39,892 nt of DNA from a virus. The translations under genes and the position numbers were made by a program. The notes below the pieces were generated by a model. The model made no database searches, was not told the DNA's origin, and saw nothing but the letters and a program-made list of their open reading frames with translations. Below, piece after piece: positions 15,965 to 23,557 of this stretch (the stretch's first letter is position 1; every line of letters starts with the position of its first letter). Location of the stretch: positions 1 through 39,892 of IMG/VR virus record IMGVR_UViG_3300045988_061665; one strand, 5' to 3'.

Positions 15965-15997
15965 AAAAGCCCCTGTGCTGGTAACACAGAAGCTTTT
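15965..15997 (+). terminator. Rho-independent terminator after the SHOCT gene
   Basis: aaaagcccctgtg ctggtaa cacagaagctttt. Confidence 0.6.
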
Positions 15998-16106
15998 CAC
16001 ATAATACTCTTACCGGAATGCTCCGATAGATATAATCATCTTAATCACTTGAATTATATCATTTCTGGAGCGTCCTGGCAAGGGGCGTATTTTTTATACC
16101 CAAAAA

Positions 16107-16124
16107 AGTTGTGATGTCACAACT
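16107..16124. promoter_or_regulatory. Palindrome upstream of the integrase start (agttgtga tg tcacaact)
   Basis: 8-bp inverted arms with a 2-nt spacer, 23 nt before the int ATG. Confidence 0.3.
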
Positions 16125-16146
16125 ACAACACGAAAGGAATGATATT

Positions 16147-17310
16147 ATGGCAAAAGCAAAGAAATTACCCTCCGGATCCTGGAGGTGTCTGGCCTACAGC
16201 CACACTGAACGGATCCTGGACGAGAAGACAGGAAAATGGAAGGATAAGAGGGTCTACGAATCCTTTACGAGCGATGACCCCAGCCCCCGAGGGAAGAAAG
16301 AGGCGGAATACGCCGCCGCTGAATTTCAGCTTAACAAAAAAGCTGCTACAGCGAAAAAACAGCATGCAAATAGAAACAAGAAGCTGACCGAAGCAATAGA
16401 CGAATACATAGAATCCAGGGTGCCTCTAAAACGATCTCCTACAACGATACAGGATTACCGCTGTATCCAGCGTAACGGCTTCCAGGACCTCATGCAGACA
16501 CCCCTGAAGGATATTGACGAGATTATCATGCAGGAGGCTATCAACGTCGAGGCACGACGTAAGTCCAATAAGCGGAGCAAGACTCCTCAACCGATCTCTG
16601 CAAAACGTCTGAAAAATGAATGGATCCTGATAAGTGCAGTCCTCCATAAGTATTGTAAGGATTTTGATTTCAGTGAGATCGAGCTCCCGCAGGTTACACC
16701 GCGCGTCGTAGAGCTGCCGCCGGCGCAAAAAGTTCTGGACATCATACGTGGCACAGACATAGAACTGCCGGTTCTCCTGGCTGCCTGGTTGTCCTTCTCG
16801 ATGTCAGAGGTCCGCGGCCTCACAAAATCAAAATCTATTCGGGGCAACTGTATCATGATCCGGGAGGTGGTCGTTGACGTTGACGGCCAGCCGATCAGAA
16901 AGGATATCGCCAAAAACCCTACACGTAACCGCCGTCACCGGATCCCGCCATACATTATGTCCCTGATCGATCAGGTGGAAGGCGACGCACTCGTACCGAT
17001 CAGCGGCAAGGCGCTGTATCATCGCTGGATTAAGCTACAGAACGACAACGGCATGGATCATATTACCTTCCACGATCTCCGGCACCTCAATGCTTCGATT
17101 ATGGCCCTCCTGCGGGTGCCAGATAAATATGCAGAAGAGCGCGGCGGATGGGATAATGATAAGGTCATGAAGCGGGTGTACATGCAGACATTTTCGGAAG
17201 AGAGGGAACGTTTTGATAATCTCATAGATGGGTATTTTGATGATCTTTTAGGAGGTGGCGCAGATGCCATGCAACATGAAATGCAACACAAAGAAAAAAG
17301 AGCCTTGTAA
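16147..17310 (+). CDS. int: Phage integrase, tyrosine recombinase family
   Basis: MAKAKKLPSGSWRCLAY arm-binding-type N-terminus. Catalytic SMSEVRGL (R), HDLRH (HxxR) and VYMQ (Y). Adjacent to the attP-like site. Confidence 0.9.
   Translation: MAKAKKLPSGSWRCLAYSHTERILDEKTGKWKDKRVYESFTSDDPSPRGKKEAEYAAAEFQLNKKAATAKKQHANRNKKLTEAIDEYIESRVPLKRSPTTIQDYRCIQRNGFQDLMQTPLKDIDEIIMQEAINVEARRKSNKRSKTPQPISAKRLKNEWILISAVLHKYCKDFDFSEIELPQVTPRVVELPPAQKVLDIIRGTDIELPVLLAAWLSFSMSEVRGLTKSKSIRGNCIMIREVVVDVDGQPIRKDIAKNPTRNRRHRIPPYIMSLIDQVEGDALVPISGKALYHRWIKLQNDNGMDHITFHDLRHLNASIMALLRVPDKYAEERGGWDNDKVMKRVYMQTFSEERERFDNLIDGYFDDLLGGGADAMQHEMQHKEKRAL
17269..17292 (+). repeat. Tandem arm-type repeat pair ATGCAACA(T/C)(G/A)AA, left of the att core (inside the int 3' end)
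   Basis: atgcaacatgaa atgcaacacaaa. Confidence 0.5.
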
Positions 17311-17327
17311 TTACAAGACTCTTTACG

Positions 17328-17352
17328 AGCGCGAGACGGGGATCGAACCCGT
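17328..17352 (-). other. attP core candidate: mimic of a tRNA 3' end (T-arm plus 3' acceptor strand)
   Basis: Minus strand: acggg ttcgatc cccgt ctcgcgc t. No matching 5' acceptor strand, so this is a fragment and not a gene. Lies 18 nt after the int stop. Confidence 0.5.
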
Positions 17353-17441
17353 AAAGGCAAAATCCCTGAAACCCGCATAAATACGGGAATGCTGATAAAC
17401 ACTACACTTCCGGGATATCAAAAATGAGTCATATCACTCAA

Positions 17442-17500
17442 ATTTGATAGTAAAAACATCATATTTGATAGTGCTATGCAACACAAAAATGCAACACGAA
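17442..17500 (+). repeat. Arm-type repeats right of the att core: 2x atttgatagt and 2x atgcaacac(a/g)aa
   Basis: atttgatagt at 17442 and 17463. atgcaacacaaa at 17476 and atgcaacacgaa at 17489. Confidence 0.5.
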
Positions 17501-17512
17501 AATCACTACTTA

Positions 17513-17533
17513 GGCGGCCCATTGCGGACCGCC
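17513..17533 (-). terminator. GC-rich hairpin just after the endolysin stop (candidate end of the late operon)
   Basis: Minus strand: ggcggtcc gcaat gggccgcc, 8 bp including one G-U. U-tract weak. Confidence 0.45.
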
Positions 17534-17543
17534 CTTAATACAT

Positions 17544-18323
17544 CTAAAACTGCCCCGGCCCCTGTGCCCCGCTGCTATCTGTCACATACAGCGCGCACTC
17601 CAACGGGTGCCCAGCCCGCGGTTCAAAGTAATACCACTGGCCGCCGATCTCCTGCCAATTGGTCAGGGCGTAACCATCAGGGTTAAAATAATACTTATGA
17701 TGGTTGATGATCTGCCAGCAGGACTTGTAATAGCTGCGGTCAGTATCAGCATACCACCAGCCATTATTGTCATGGTGCCATCCGATCTCATACTTCGGCG
17801 TATCCACAATAGACCAGTCTGGCCGGCCATAGCCGTCAATGCGGCTGTTGCTCAGACTATACTCCTTAGCACAGACTGCGCCTCCATTGGGGATCACCTC
17901 GGCCCCGTCGCTGGTGTTGCCCTCAATGGTCCGCACCTTGGTCAAGGTTACCTCTGTGACTATGCCAGTGTGGTTGATTCTACTACTGCCCCGGAAGAAT
18001 ATCTGATCTCCCGGCTGAGGATCCGTCTTGTGGTACTGGCCTCTTGCCTTATAATACTGTGCTGACGTCGGGGTATAGGCGCTGAAACCACCGCCTATAA
18101 GCTGCTGAGCGGCCACGCGGCCAAATGCCTGCACCATACACCAGTCCACGAACATATCACACCATGGCTGCCCCTGAAGCGATGGGTATAAGTCTCTGGC
18201 ATACTTAGTGTAGTTGTTGCTGCCGGCATTGGCTGTCTTGCTGTCCAGCTGGCTGTTGCTCCTCTTTTCCAGATATCCCAATTCCGATCTGGCTATGGCA
18301 ATTACTTTTTCTTTTCCTGTCAT
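17544..18323 (-). CDS. Endolysin: N-terminal CHAP-type amidase/peptidase plus C-terminal choline-binding-type cell-wall repeats
   Basis: NNYTKYARDL...GQPWCDMFVDWC (catalytic Cys context), INHTGIV (His). Repeats GWHHDNNGWWYAD, HHKYYFNPDGYALTNWQEIGGQWYYF. ggagg RBS before the ATG at 18323. Confidence 0.85.
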   Translation of the reverse strand: MTGKEKVIAIARSELGYLEKRSNSQLDSKTANAGSNNYTKYARDLYPSLQGQPWCDMFVDWCMVQAFGRVAAQQLIGGGFSAYTPTSAQYYKARGQYHKTDPQPGDQIFFRGSSRINHTGIVTEVTLTKVRTIEGNTSDGAEVIPNGGAVCAKEYSLSNSRIDGYGRPDWSIVDTPKYEIGWHHDNNGWWYADTDRSYYKSCWQIINHHKYYFNPDGYALTNWQEIGGQWYYFEPRAGHPLECALYVTDSSGAQGPGQF

Positions 18324-18336
18324 GTCTGCCTCCAAC

Positions 18337-18364
18337 AAAAAAGGCCCAGGATCACTCCCAGGCC
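18337..18364 (-). terminator. Terminator-like hairpin followed by U6 between holin and endolysin
   Basis: Minus-strand RNA: ggccuggg agugau ccugggcc uuuuuu. The 2 G-U pairs make it strand-specific. Confidence 0.4.
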
Positions 18365-18456
18365 CGTAAAAAGGTTTTGATGATATAACCGTTGCGATAT
18401 CGCAACAGCTCCGGACCTTACCCCTCCGGCGGGAGATGCGCGGATCACCTCCAGCG

Positions 18457-18945
18457 TTACCGGCCGCCACCCTGATAGTCTGTATTGTCGATCTTATCTT
18501 TCAACACCGCAATATATCTAAGCAGCCATTCAGGCACCGCAGCGCCCATTCTGCCGGCATTCTCGATGATAGACAACAACTCATTGAGCAAGTACCATAC
18601 TGTCACCAAAAGCCCGAAAAACGCGCCCGCAGGAATCCCTAATCCCAGCGTTCCGGATACCGTGGCAATCACATAATCAACCACCATAGCCACGGCGATA
18701 ACACAGAGATAACCGACCTTCTTAATGATCCCTTTCGCGCCCCGCTTACTGCTCCAGCCATAATCAGGATCAGCCGGATGGTCAATCGCTTCTGTCTTAC
18801 TTGCCAGCATACCGGTTATGTAGTCCACAACCATCATGGCTGCCAGCGCACACAGAACCGGAAACAGGATCCCTAACTTATTACTCAGGTAGGCACCGGC
18901 TGCCGCCAGTACCCCCTGAATCCCGATAACATATTCTCTTTTCAT
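18457..18945 (-). CDS. Holin (phage_holin_4 / toxin-secretion-lysis holin type)
   Basis: Multiple TM segments. MVVDYITGMLASK ... WYLLNELLSIIENAGRMGAAVPEWL motif. Confidence 0.8.
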   Translation of the reverse strand: MKREYVIGIQGVLAAAGAYLSNKLGILFPVLCALAAMMVVDYITGMLASKTEAIDHPADPDYGWSSKRGAKGIIKKVGYLCVIAVAMVVDYVIATVSGTLGLGIPAGAFFGLLVTVWYLLNELLSIIENAGRMGAAVPEWLLRYIAVLKDKIDNTDYQGGGR

Positions 18946-18961
18946 ATTCTCAATCCTCCTA

Positions 18962-19090
18962 TTAATAATCCGTTCCGGTGATATCTCGGAACTCCTCCGC
19001 TGTGATCCAACGCCCTACTGCATTGCGTACCATGCCGATTGACCAGTACCCATCACCGTAATATCCCTTGACCTTGTTATACTTACTCAT
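18962..19090 (-). CDS. XkdX-family small phage protein (42 aa, below cutoff)
   Basis: MSKYNKVKGYYGDGYWSIGMVRNAVGRWITAEEFRDITGTDY. Confidence 0.7.
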   Translation of the reverse strand: MSKYNKVKGYYGDGYWSIGMVRNAVGRWITAEEFRDITGTDY

Positions 19091-19093
19091 ATC

Positions 19094-19516
19094 CTACACC
19101 TCCTCTAAGTCAATGCCACCCATCATAGCTACATACTCCAGTTTTGCCTCCGTGGCTGCCAGCTGCTCCCTCAGGTCCGGCGTCCGGAACTCGGCGATCA
19201 TCACGGTGCCGATCACATCCCGCGTCTCTGTTATAGGTTCATTGGTCTCTGGATCAGTCCCTGTCTGGACGTTCTCGTTACCCACAACATAATTATCGTC
19301 TTTTGCCAATCTCCCAGCATACACGAGGTCTGAGCGCGTCAGGATAGGCTCCCCTGCGTCGTCCAGTACGGTAATAGCCCTCGTGGCCTTAACGTCAGCC
19401 TCGATCTCCGCAAACGTGGCGGACGCCGGCTGGAAGATCACCTTCCCGCCCTGGTCCGTGAGCTGTACTCCGTTGACTACGAGGTCATACACTTTCTCAT
19501 TGATTTTGATTTTTTC
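19094..19516 (-). CDS. XkdW-like/tail-associated hypothetical protein
   Basis: aaagga RBS before the ATG at 19516. C-terminal LEYVAMMGGIDLEEV. Positioned before XkdX. Confidence 0.6.
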   Translation of the reverse strand, partial: EKIKINEKVYDLVVNGVQLTDQGGKVIFQPASATFAEIEADVKATRAITVLDDAGEPILTRSDLVYAGRLAKDDNYVVGNENVQTGTDPETNEPITETRDVIGTVMIAEFRTPDLREQLAATEAKLEYVAMMGGIDLEEV

Positions 19517-19562
19517 CATGGTTAAATTCCTTTCCGCCTGCCGGATCATGCCGGACGCAGGC

Positions 19563-19588
19563 AATAAAATAAGCCCTGTAAGGGGGCT
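19563..19588 (-). terminator. Terminator-like hairpin downstream of the fibre locus
   Basis: Minus strand: agccccc ttac agggct followed by tattttatt. Confidence 0.45.
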
Positions 19589-19631
19589 GGTCAAAATGTT
19601 ACACTCTCAAATTGTTATGATTTCTTTCCCG

Positions 19632-19649
19632 GTTAAATAGTGATTTAGC
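19632..19649. repeat. Left inverted repeat of the putative invertible fibre segment
   Basis: gttaaatagtgatttagc; 17/18 match to the reverse complement of 20256..20273, with a 16-bp perfect core. Confidence 0.85.
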
Positions 19650-19899
19650 AAAAGCAGTCTACTCAAGTAATCTTATGGCTCCTAGTGATGGCCCTGTTTT
19701 TCTCCGCTGGGATGTTGATACGTTAAATACACCCTTCAAAGCAGGACTTACATATAATACTGCTGGATTTGCCTTTGTGTATGGCGATTATTCTAACTAT
19801 CAAACGGTAGTGGCCTTTGTTCAAGGACAAAGTTACTTTTTTATTCATAGTGTTGATAGCGGAAATGTTCATGGATGGAAGAAATTCCCTGCTAATTGA
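19633..19899 (+). other. Silent alternative tail-fibre C-terminal cassette (promoterless and start-less, opposite strand)
   Basis: The frame LNSDLAKAVYSSNLMAPSDGPVFLRWDVDTLNTPFKAGLTYNTAGF...HGWKKFPAN* shares LNSDLA with the expressed fibre in the same codon phase. Confidence 0.65.
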
Positions 19900-19903
19900 T
19901 CAT

Positions 19904-20500
19904 TTAATTTGTTGAATATGAAAAGCTTGCAATTATATTTCTTGTGTTTTCTCCATATGTAGTTGCTTTGATTTTTCCTTCAAAAAGTATTATTCCGACA
20001 GGGTGGTTTATCGCACCGGGCTCTTCACCTATGCCTGATGCGCCTGTTGGATATATAGGAAGGAACCCATCAGGTAAAATACCGATATCAACATAAGTGT
20101 TTGTATTAATTACACTATTATCAGCTTTTCTTATTGCCAGATTGATAACACATATCCCTGAAGATTTATCTTTTATGATCCGGGTGGCCCATGTTCCATA
20201 GATGGCATAACCAGGGTTTAATGTAATATCTTTGACAATTAATCCAGTTATGCTGGCTAAATCACTATTTAGCTGAGTAACGGCCTGATTAACACTATAC
20301 AGCGAGGCCATACTGGCTATCTTATTGGGATCATTCACAATCTGGCTCACCACCGCCGCCGCTATCTTCTCGATGGCGTCACTGTTGCCCTTGATACCAT
20401 CTTCCAGATGCGTGAGCCTGGCCGCAGACAGCGGCGTGCTGGTATCCGGTTTGTTTTTCCATGCCTGCTTTACGTAGGCCACAAAATTACTTATTGTCAT
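19904..20500 (-). CDS. Tail fibre / receptor-binding protein (currently expressed variant)
   Basis: The N-terminus ...PDTSTPLSAARLTHLEDGIKGNS is typical of Firmicutes phage fibre N-termini. The C-terminal part is AT-rich. Confidence 0.8.
   Translation of the reverse strand: MTISNFVAYVKQAWKNKPDTSTPLSAARLTHLEDGIKGNSDAIEKIAAAVVSQIVNDPNKIASMASLYSVNQAVTQLNSDLASITGLIVKDITLNPGYAIYGTWATRIIKDKSSGICVINLAIRKADNSVINTNTYVDIGILPDGFLPIYPTGASGIGEEPGAINHPVGIILFEGKIKATTYGENTRNIIASFSYSTN
20256..20273. repeat. Right inverted repeat of the putative invertible fibre segment (inside the fibre gene, codons L77-A82)
   Basis: gctaaatcactatttagc, itself a 7-4-7 palindrome. Confidence 0.85.
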
Positions 20501-20721
20501 TCTGACATTCCTCCTTCTATTGGGTATACATTGGTCCCAGGGAATATCTCCTCCTGCGGGAAGAGTCCGAACAAATCTTCTCCGGGATATAAATCAAGCG
20601 CCGGATATAAATCCGCCGCAGGGAATAAGGTATATATCTCAACCTCTATCTTAAATTGTGCCTTCGTTGTCACTGGATTTGGTGTAATCTTGACTGACTG
20701 TATATACAAATCTGCCATCAC
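20497..20721 (-). CDS. Small fibre-module protein with LYPx/FPG repeats
   Basis: 74-aa ORF with overlapping start/stop couplings at both ends. Confidence 0.6.
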   Translation of the reverse strand: MMADLYIQSVKITPNPVTTKAQFKIEVEIYTLFPAADLYPALDLYPGEDLFGLFPQEEIFPGTNVYPIEGGMSE

Positions 20722-21311
20722 ACCACCACCAAATCCAGTTGCTCCACCAGAGTCTCGTCATTGATCTTATAGATAACGCGAAGAATATAAGACGTTTTAC
20801 CGGGCGGGGCCTCGATATATGCATCAATAATATGTTCATCTATCTCGCATTCCCCGGAAGCTTCCAGGGTATTTCCTCGCAACAGCTCCCATGATGCGGA
20901 CTTTATACGAAATGGTGCGTCCTGTGCTGCATGGATTTTTAAACGGACGTGGCGGTGTTCTCCAATATCAAATATAATTTTCTGCATATTTACCCCCCCC
21001 CCACTCTGGCAACACGGTTCTAACAGCTCCGCGGAAAATAATGCCGGGAGCACATCAGCGTGGTATATGCTGTCAAGGAGCTCGGCAAAATACGGGATCG
21101 GAAGTACTTGCACGCATAGCCCGGAGGAGTCCACACAAAACAGCATCTTAGCCATATATGACTGGTTACCGGCGCCGTCCTCCGCGATTATCTCCACTAC
21201 ATACTCACCGTCATAGTCCAGGGGTACCGGTACTGACCATATGTCCCCCTGTGTCTGCTCCATAACCACCTCTGCACCATCTACGCGGCCAAATACTCGC
21301 GCTACTGCCAT
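20718..21311 (-). CDS. Fibre-module protein; as assembled, a fusion of two segments across a G10 tract
   Basis: N-terminal part with an Ig-like DGEYVVEIIAEDGAGNQS motif. The second part starts MQKIIFDIGEHRH 5 nt after the tract. Confidence 0.6.
   Translation of the reverse strand: MAVARVFGRVDGAEVVMEQTQGDIWSVPVPLDYDGEYVVEIIAEDGAGNQSYMAKMLFCVDSSGLCVQVLPIPYFAELLDSIYHADVLPALFSAELLEPCCQSGGGVNMQKIIFDIGEHRHVRLKIHAAQDAPFRIKSASWELLRGNTLEASGECEIDEHIIDAYIEAPPGKTSYILRVIYKINDETLVEQLDLVVV
20993..21002. repeat. Homopolymer C10 (G10 on the coding strand)
   Basis: tacccccccccccact. With G9 the upstream frame ends at TAA immediately after the tract. Confidence 0.9.
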
Positions 21312-21323
21312 GGTATCGCCTCC

Positions 21324-22235
21324 TTAGTCTGTAACCTCCACGCTGATTACATAGGTCTTACCGGCATCTACCGGATTAGGTGTGAGCGTTACGGCCCTGA
21401 TCGTCGGAGCCACGGTATCGAGAGTTACTGTCCTGACCACCGTCGTAGACTTGCCCGCGCTGTCCGTTGCCACAACCGTGATTGTGTTGCTTCCGGCAGC
21501 CAGTGTCAACGCCTTGCTGAACGATCCATCTGCGCCAACCGGAACCGCCTCTGCTGTGCCGCTGTTAAGTTTAACTGTCACAGTAACCGGGCTTGAGGTG
21601 ATATCATTGGTTGTACCTGTTACGGTGCAGGCGGCCTTATTGGTGATCAGACCATTAACCGGAGCCGTCACGTTAAGAGTCGGCGGTACGGTATCAATCT
21701 TAAATGTTACGCTCTTCTGCGTCGCGGCATTGCCATCGTTGTCAGCTGCGTCAACCTTAATGGTATGGCTGCCGTCAGCCAGGGCCGCCGTAGGTGTATA
21801 AGTACAATCGTATCCACCCGTAATCGGTGTCTTTACAATCCCTGCGGTAACAGCCTCCCCTGTATCAATCGTGATTTTGATGCTATCAGGATTAACACCA
21901 GAGTCATTATCCGTAACTTTCCAGCGGATCGCCGGCTTATTATTGACGATCAGTGCACTGGCTGTCGGATATGTAATTAGGATAACCGGAGCCACTTTCT
22001 CCTTAACGCGGAGACGCAGGCTGCCGCCCAGTGTCACATCTGTATCGTTCTTTGTAGTCGCATTCCCGGCCTCATCTGTGGCCTTAATCGTCACCGGGTA
22101 ATAGTGCCCGTCGTTATTGTTGTAAGACGATGTTGACGGCGCTGTGACCGTGGCTTCCCACTTCCCTGTGCTGCTGTTCAGCGTCAGGGTAGTCGTAACA
22201 CCGTTGATAATTGCCTGTACTGTTCTTACTGCCAT
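21324..22235 (-). CDS. Ig-like-domain repeat protein (fibre/adhesin component)
   Basis: Repeated beta-rich T/V/A segments: ATDEAGNATT, AADNDGNAATQKSVTFKIDTVPPT, VATDSAGKSTTVVRTVTLDTVAPT. Confidence 0.75.
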   Translation of the reverse strand: MAVRTVQAIINGVTTTLTLNSSTGKWEATVTAPSTSSYNNNDGHYYPVTIKATDEAGNATTKNDTDVTLGGSLRLRVKEKVAPVILITYPTASALIVNNKPAIRWKVTDNDSGVNPDSIKITIDTGEAVTAGIVKTPITGGYDCTYTPTAALADGSHTIKVDAADNDGNAATQKSVTFKIDTVPPTLNVTAPVNGLITNKAACTVTGTTNDITSSPVTVTVKLNSGTAEAVPVGADGSFSKALTLAAGSNTITVVATDSAGKSTTVVRTVTLDTVAPTIRAVTLTPNPVDAGKTYVISVEVTD

Positions 22236-22244
22236 AGTTTCCTC

Positions 22245-23114
22245 CTATTCAAATTTAACCATTCTAATTTTCGAAGTTACCGCAGGCGAAATAAACAGTA
22301 AGTAGAGATACGCAGTTCCGCTCACACTGCTTAGATTAAGAGTATAATCCCCCCCGGTTCCTGATGTATTCATTCCGGCTACTTTATCTCCCAGGTTAGG
22401 GTTTCTTTTCAGGCTGCTGGATTTTTCGTTATCAAAAATATAATCTGTTACCTTATTCCGGAATAATTCGATGTTATCAAGTGCCGATCCGCTGTATTCC
22501 AATCTTACAATCAACCTGTTTAAATTTGTCAGGTCTATGGGTTCATTGAATACAACCGCTGTATAATATGTATTATTTCGTACATAGACTTTGATATGAT
22601 CTCGTTCCAATGATACAGTTCCAACATTATCCCATAATAGGTGTTTAAAGGCTGTTATACTTTGTATTCCATTAAAAGCACCATAATAATATGGTACTTT
22701 AGGATCCTTGTTTACATATCCCTCCCAGGTTCCAGGTCCTACACCGCCGACGTACTGCCCTTTTTTTATTACTGATGTGGAAAGATTTTTCACTGCCCGA
22801 ATTGTAATATCTCCAGTCATGTACTTACCCGCTGTTGGGATTGTGATCATACGAGCGCCTGGTCCGATACTCTGAGCCGCCATAGTTTCGATAGTTTGCT
22901 TCACTTTCCCCCCGGTATAATTTCCAGGCGGAAGCTTCTGTACGCCATTAATCGGCAGGGCATATTCAGGACTACCGCGCTGTACGATTTTTCCCACCTG
23001 CGGCTCCTCGCTTCCGGTACCTATAAATTTCTCGGCAGCCAATACATCCCCCGGGTCTGCCGTCAACTCTGATATATTAGGGCCTCCCCCCACTTTTCTA
23101 ATAGGTAGTATCAT
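22245..23114 (-). CDS. Baseplate/fibre protein, long paralog (shares its N-terminal module with 23132..23554)
   Basis: ggaggg RBS before the ATG at 23114. LPINGVQKLPPGNY...TAGKYMTGDITIRAVKNL. AT-rich C-terminal half. Confidence 0.65.
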   Translation of the reverse strand: MILPIRKVGGGPNISELTADPGDVLAAEKFIGTGSEEPQVGKIVQRGSPEYALPINGVQKLPPGNYTGGKVKQTIETMAAQSIGPGARMITIPTAGKYMTGDITIRAVKNLSTSVIKKGQYVGGVGPGTWEGYVNKDPKVPYYYGAFNGIQSITAFKHLLWDNVGTVSLERDHIKVYVRNNTYYTAVVFNEPIDLTNLNRLIVRLEYSGSALDNIELFRNKVTDYIFDNEKSSSLKRNPNLGDKVAGMNTSGTGGDYTLNLSSVSGTAYLYLLFISPAVTSKIRMVKFE

Positions 23115-23131
23115 TCTGATTGCCCTCCATA

Positions 23132-23554
23132 TTAATCGAAAAATCCCTGACATGTTCCAGTAACAGCTCCTTCACCTTCGCCAACTACTTCTCCAAATTT
23201 GATGTTCTCGGCTGTAAGGTTTTCCACAGCGTAAACAATTATATCGCCGGTCATGTACTTGCCTGCGCATTGAATTACTACCGGTCCGGCACCAGGTGTT
23301 ACAATCTGTCCGTCCATGGTATCAATCTCCTGATCCACTGTGTCCTCAGCATTGTGGATCCCAGCTGGTATGTTATACGTACCATTGATCGGCAGCTTAT
23401 AGCTTGTTGCATTTTTCTCCTCCAGGTTCCCGGTTCGGATGTCCGAGGATCCCCGACCGATAAATTTTTTCCCTTTGCGGACCAGATTTTCCACTGCGGT
23501 AAGCCCGCTGAAATCCACGCTTTGTCCCCGGAAAAATAATGGTAATATTGCCAT
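23132..23554 (-). CDS. Baseplate/fibre protein, short paralog
   Basis: LPINGTYNIPAGIH...CAGKYMTGDIIVYAVENL. Confidence 0.65.
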   Translation of the reverse strand: MAILPLFFRGQSVDFSGLTAVENLVRKGKKFIGRGSSDIRTGNLEEKNATSYKLPINGTYNIPAGIHNAEDTVDQEIDTMDGQIVTPGAGPVVIQCAGKYMTGDIIVYAVENLTAENIKFGEVVGEGEGAVTGTCQGFFD

Positions 23555-23557
23555 GGC

